Assembly: GCF_048593235.1 (NCBI RefSeq) | Contig: NC_133620.1 | Span: forward strand, 442,585,261-442,649,260 | Direction: 5' to 3' | Source of the DNA: Sminthopsis crassicaudata | Lineage: Eukaryota | Length of the DNA: 64,000 nucleotides | Part shown: positions 59,510 to 64,000 of the stretch, piece by piece | Layout: each line of letters opens with the position of its first letter | Position numbering within the stretch: the stretch's first letter is position 1 | The notes under the pieces: generated by a model | What the model was told of the DNA's origin: nothing | The model's input: only the letters and a program-made list of their open reading frames with translations | Databases searched by the model: none | Position numbers and translations under genes: made by a program

Positions 59510-59576
59510 TACAGGAAGGGGAGATGGGCATTCCGCATCCAGGGGTCCCAGCTTTAAACAATAGGGAAAGACAGTG

Positions 59577-59599
59577 TTATGACTTCTTCTGCTGCCGAC
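59577..59599 (-). CDS. TMOD4: TMOD4 coding exon 9
   Basis: ccacag|GT CGG CAG CAG AAG AAG TCA TAA (RRQQKKS*). Confidence 0.9.
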
Positions 59600-60201
59600 C
59601 TGTGGAAGTAGGGGGAAGTAAGTCTGTACCCAAGACCTGGCTTTGAGCCTGTTCAGAATGATCTTTGTTTATTCTTAACTACCCAAGATCCCCATAGAAG
59701 ATAGTGTCTTAAGACATATGACTTCTGTGCTCCCCTGTTCCCTTAAAAAAGCTGTCCTTTGTCTCCCAGTACCTATTTTCCAGGGATCTGTTTGGAAGTA
59801 ATGTCATCAGAGAAATGAAGGCAGGAGGAAGACAATGCTAGGAAAGGAGTACAAAAGGGGAGAGCCCACAATAAGGGGCAGACAGCTGATGTGCAAACTG
59901 GAGAAAAGACACCATGAGGAAGCCTTAGCTGGAGGGCCTGGACTAAAGACACAGAGGATAAGGGAGACACTTGGGCTTTGATCTGGGCCAATGATGAAGG
60001 GAGCACCCCCAGGGGGTGAGGGCAGATTCATCAGTGTCTCCTTAAGTATATGGCAACAAGCTGGCCCAGGTAAGCCACTCAGAACCTCCTCTGGGCAGAG
60101 CTTGACCTCTCAGATTTCTGCTGGACCTTCCCTAGTCACACTGAACTTAATGCTAGAAGAACCAAGCCCAACTAACTTCTTCCAGCCCAGTGGTCCCTTA
60201 C

Positions 60202-60346
60202 GTAATTCGTTGTTCCGGGTCACTGCTCGAGCTGCCCGAGCCCGAGGTCCTTGCTGTGTGAAGTGGTATCCGAATCGTACGATGGCTGGGCAGTGCTCCA
60301 GCATGGCAGCCATTTCCATCTCTACAGCATCCCCTGGCCAGTGACG
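60202..60346 (-). CDS. TMOD4: TMOD4 coding exon 8
   Basis: RHWPGDAVEMEMAAMLEHCPAIVRFGYHFTQQGPRARAARAVTRNNEL. Confidence 0.96.
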
Positions 60347-60512
60347 CTGGAAGGGTAGGAGGGAATGAGAATACAGGCTGTCCATTTTCCCTGGTTACTA
60401 CCATCCCAAGATTACTGTGTTTGAGGGGTCAGAGAATGGCAGCTCCAGAGTCGGGACAGTTAAGGGTGACTTTCTACAGAAAGTTCAGGGTTTGGGGAAG
60501 AAAGCTAGGAAC

Positions 60513-60656
60513 CTGGTTATCCATCCTTAGCTCAGTGAGTGTGGAATTCTCCCGAACAGCCTTTAGCACGGCCATGAGCCCCGAACTGCTGATGAAGTTG
60601 GACTCGATGTTGAGGCTCTGAAGGTTCTTGTTCTCTCGCAGCATCTCCGCTACAGC
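60513..60656 (-). CDS. TMOD4: TMOD4 coding exon 7
   Basis: AVAEMLRENKNLQSLNIESNFISSSGLMAVLKAVRENSTLTELRMDNQ. Confidence 0.96.
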
Positions 60657-61103
60657 CTGAATGACAGGAACATGGGGCTGAATGGATGTCACAGAGATAG
60701 GACAAAGCAGGAAGGGATTTGGGGGGGACTGAGACACCAAATGAGAGGAAAGGGGGCATCGTGCAGTCCCTGAGAAAGCTGGGCACCTCAGAGGTCACTG
60801 AGTCCCTTTGAAGCTGCTGGCCCAGGGAGAAATGACAGCCTGGGAGGACTATTGGACCAATTGCTCTCAGGCCACCATTTCAGCTGTAAAATGGGAAGCA
60901 GGGAGGGACTGAATTCTATGAGTTTTGAGGAACCTTCCCTTTCAACTTTTGAGCTTATGGTTTCATGTGTCCTGGGGGAATAAGGATGGGAGCCTAAGAG
61001 AAGGGGTGAGAAGGATCCAGGGGGCGGTGTACAGGGCACACCCATGGGCATCTTTGGGGGTACAAGCTGAGGGATATGATTGGGAGGGAGTCCCAGGACT
61101 CAC

Positions 61104-61211
61104 ATTGGCTACAGGGTCACCGCTTCGTGTAGCCACCAGACTGAAGCTCCGGACGTGGGTATTCGCCTTCATCGCCTGGCACAGCTCAATCAGAGTGGAT
61201 GCTTCAATGTC
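61104..61211 (-). CDS. TMOD4: TMOD4 coding exon 6
   Basis: DIEASTLIELCQAMKANTHVRSFSLVATRSGDPVAN. Confidence 0.95.
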
Positions 61212-61307
61212 CTATCAGCAGGAGGGGGATATTCAGATTTCTTCTCTCCAGGAGGCCTTCCCGTTGGAATGAACCATTTCCTCCCAGGGTGGGATCCAAT
61301 GCAGTAC

Positions 61308-61438
61308 CTGCATGTTGTTGAGGTTCACTTCCTCCAGCGCCTGGTCATTGTTCTGAATTCTCTTCAGCGTCTCCTCCACGTCCGTAGGATTTGGTGGTTC
61401 ATCTGGGACTGGCTTGTATTTGTCAGGCTGTACCACAC
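61308..61438 (-). CDS. TMOD4: TMOD4 coding exon 5
   Basis: VVQPDKYKPVPDEPPNPTDVEETLKRIQNNDQALEEVNLNNMQ. Confidence 0.96.
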
Positions 61439-61595
61439 CTGGTGGGGGAAGGAGGGGGAATTCCCCCATGTTCCCCCCTCCCCCACCACCTCCAGCCCCT
61501 ATGACTCCGCCCTGTGCCCCTGGCAGTGAGCCCACCCTCAGTGCCCACCATGGTGGGCACCTGGCTTCTACACCTCCCCTTGGGCGCTCACTCAC

Positions 61596-61685
61596 TGGAG
61601 ATGCCCTCGGTGTTGCAGATTTCTCCACTGCAGATGGCATCATAGTACTGCTTGTTACTCATCAGTGTGTACATGCCCAGAATGG
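61596..61685 (-). CDS. TMOD4: TMOD4 coding exon 4
   Basis: AILGMYTLMSNKQYYDAICSGEICNTEGIS. Confidence 0.95.
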
Positions 61686-61940
61686 CTGAGAAATGGCAAA
61701 ACACGGCTGTGAGTAGAAGCAGCAACGTGCTCGGCCCACCCCTAAATCTTCCCCCAATGAGAACGGGGGCAGAGGAGACGGAGGGAAGTGGCCTTCGCCC
61801 AGTGGGGCCCCAGACACTTCTAGACTATCCCAAGACATCTCTTAGCCCTCTGCACACGTGCCCTGCCCCCTCTGCTGCTATTACAGGGTATTCTTTCCCA
61901 CAGGCCTCATGACTCCCTCCTGCACCCCGGGGTTGCCCAC

Positions 61941-62057
61941 CTGCAATGTCACACATTTCAGCATCTGTGGCCTTGGCCAAAGCCTCTTCCAGCTCAGGCT
62001 CCAAAGTGATCTGTTCTTCCACAGGGATTTCCCTCTTGGGCTGGATGAATGGTTTCC
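61941..62057 (-). CDS. TMOD4: TMOD4 coding exon 3
   Basis: GKPFIQPKREIPVEEQITLEPELEEALAKATDAEMCDIA. Confidence 0.96.
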
Positions 62058-62558
62058 CTGGTAGAGGGAAGACAATTAGCAAAAAAGCATTTTCCAACCA
62101 TATCCTTGGCTTCCTGCCGCCCTGATCCTCCTCACCCACTCCCAGACTGTGGCTGTCATGGGCCCAGAGGTCCTGCAGAGGTCTGGGTCTCCTGGCAGGC
62201 CGGGTACAAGGCCCAAACCCTGGGTGGTACGGAGGAGGAAGTGCCAGGATGTCAAGCTGCTGGGACTCTGGGCTGGGGCACTGAGCTGAGAGGAAAGATG
62301 GCCTGGCGGGGGAAAGGGGGTTCTGCGTCTCTACGGGAATGAGTGGGGGGAACTCAAGGTCCAGATGCTGGGACTCCTCTTCCTCCAGCCCCCAGGAGGG
62401 GGCACTTGACAGAGCCCTAGAAGTGTGGAGTGGCTGGACAATGGGGCTGGCAAGCGGGTACGCCGGGCTGGAGGGAGACAGGGGAACAGGGGTGCGGGTG
62501 ATACAGAACACGGTGGCAGCAGGGTGAGAGGCCGAGCACCCCGCCGAGGTTCCTCTAC

Positions 62559-62715
62559 CCTTCTTCTCTCCCGTGAAGGGCACCAGGTCATCCCGCTCCT
62601 TAGTCTCCAGGGCCTGCCGTTCCAGGTGCTGCATCAGGGCTTCCCGGTCCAGGGGCCCCGTGGGGCTCTTCTTGGTCTGGTCACGCTGCCTTAGCCCGGC
62701 TGGCAGGAGCATGTT
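62559..62715 (-). CDS. TMOD4: TMOD4 coding exon 2
   Basis: NMLLPAGLRQRDQTKKSPTGPLDREALMQHLERQALETKERDDLVPFTGEKK. Confidence 0.96.
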
Positions 62716-62909
62716 CTTGGGAGGGGGTAGGAGTGGGGGAAGCACCAGCTCAGACTCCCCACTCCCAAATCCGGGACCCCCTTAGGGTTCCCTGAGGCGT
62801 CTTCAGCTCCCCCTGCTGACCCCCTGGGACCCTGAGAGGTTCCCTGACCCCCCCTCCCTATAGCCTAGGACCCTGAGGTCATCTCGGGGTCCCCTTCCAA
62901 TGGCCTTAC

Positions 62910-63032
62910 CTCAGGATCCATTTCCTGTAGCTCATAGTCCAGCTGTTCCAGCTCCTCAGGGCTGAGGCCTCTCAGAATTTCATCCTCATCAATGTCCCGA
63001 TACTTCTCCAGTTCCTTCTGATAGGATGACAT
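62910..63032 (-). CDS. TMOD4: TMOD4 coding exon 1 (acceptor probably at 63046)
   Basis: accATG; MSSYQKELEKYRDIDEDEILRGLSPEELEQLDYELQEMDPE|gtaagg; nine exons total 345 aa. Confidence 0.96.
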
Positions 63033-63957
63033 GGTGTCCCACAAAGCTTGGGGAAGAGTGGGCAGTTGTCAGAGCAGGGGGTGCAGGGTGAAGGAGGGGA
63101 GGGGGTTGCAGCAGCCCGGCTCTCGGAGCAGCCCCGGACAGGCGCTCGGGCTAAGCATCCCAGATCTTCCATCTCCTTGCCTGCCCCCCAGCTTCCGCTC
63201 CCCCCCACAAAGCTCTCTGACCCTCAGACTAGCACCGTGTGGGAAGAGGGCCCAGTGGCAGCCCCCACCCCAGCCCCCACCCTCGCCCGTCAGCCTCTCC
63301 TGCCCCTCTCACCCCCAGCACAGCTGCCCCGGGGCCCTTGCCAACATCCCCTGGGCCCCTGCCTAGTTCCTATGGAAGGAGGGGGTGGAGAGCTGCAGGG
63401 AGATTCCTCCTCCCCCCTCTCAATCAATCCGGCTCCTTCCTGAGACTAACAGGGAAAGCCTAGAGGGCTGAGGGAAGGGGCTGCGCCAGCTGTTCCTTCC
63501 CGGGCCACAGAGGGAGGCTGGAGGTGGGTGGGAGGGGGGCGGCCTCTCCCACTTCTGGGTTCTGAAGGAGCCGGGGCTCCGGCCGAGGAAGCCTGAGGGA
63601 CCCCTGCAGCTGGGAGCTGAGGAGCTAGGCTGGAGCGAAGCTCTCGTCCCTGCCCTTAGGTGGAAGGTGACACGGCCCTTCTTGGGGTGAGGCAGCACTG
63701 ACTTCATGCCTTGTAACTCGGGATCAGGCTCTTCTGGAAACTTGTAGGGACATGGAGGGGAGACCCACACCCCCCCCCTCACCCCTACTCTCCACAAGAG
63801 AGTAGATACGTGTGGGGGAGACAACTTGAGGGCCGGCGTCACACGCCCTGCCTCCAACTCCCCAGGACTCCCAGGAGGGACCACACTCCCACCCCTCAGT
63901 GGCTCCCAGCCTGGGGCTCCCCCACCCCCCCAATCCGGCCCACCCCTCCCCTCTCAC

Positions 63958-64000
63958 CTCCCCTTCTGTCGGTCTGTCTGCTCTGCCTGGGCACTGAGCG
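63958..64000 (-). other. TMOD4: Candidate TMOD4 non-coding first exon (3' part)
   Basis: Donor GAG|gtgaga at 63957; inference from position only. Confidence 0.45.

Noticed and set aside
61825-62745. 306-aa ORF as a novel TMOD4-like protein
   Set aside because: Two real TMOD4 exons joined by an intron that happens to be stop-free in that frame.
63400-64000. Expected 3' end of VPS72, the next gene in human synteny
   Set aside because: No VPS72 coding sequence recognisable inside the window.

Overview
Eukaryotic (marsupial, probably a dasyurid such as Tasmanian devil, judged from WSINE1/MAR1-type SINEs, an RTE LINE and an OC1-like hAT MITE) genomic DNA syntenic with human 1q21.3. Gene order and strands match human: 3' end of GABPB2 (+, last 3 coding exons, stop 2606); complete SEMA6C (-, 17 constitutive coding exons 21081->11714 summing to 940 aa, plus a 96-nt cassette exon); a ~23-kb repeat-rich interval with 4 assembly gaps; TNFAIP8L2/TIPE2 (+, 49910-50464, 184 aa); LYSMD1 (-, 3 exons, 225 aa); SCNM1 (+, 7 exons, 233 aa) sharing a bidirectional promoter with LYSMD1; TMOD4 (-, 9 coding exons, 345 aa). 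Exon boundaries were read by hand (GT/AG, phases consistent); gene names rest on my recall of the human proteins, no database search was run. I found no RNA gene, CRISPR array or clearly new protein-coding system. Most interesting unexplained signals: an orphan housekeeping-type CpG-island promoter between two converging 3' ends (~9.8-11.35 kb); a ~100-bp local copy of the LYSMD1 exon-2 splice acceptor next to a hAT terminus; a SEMA6C intron with minor-spliceosome-like signals; two L1s inserted at one target site; an exonic RFX X-box in GABPB2; a MEF2/E-box module in SEMA6C.
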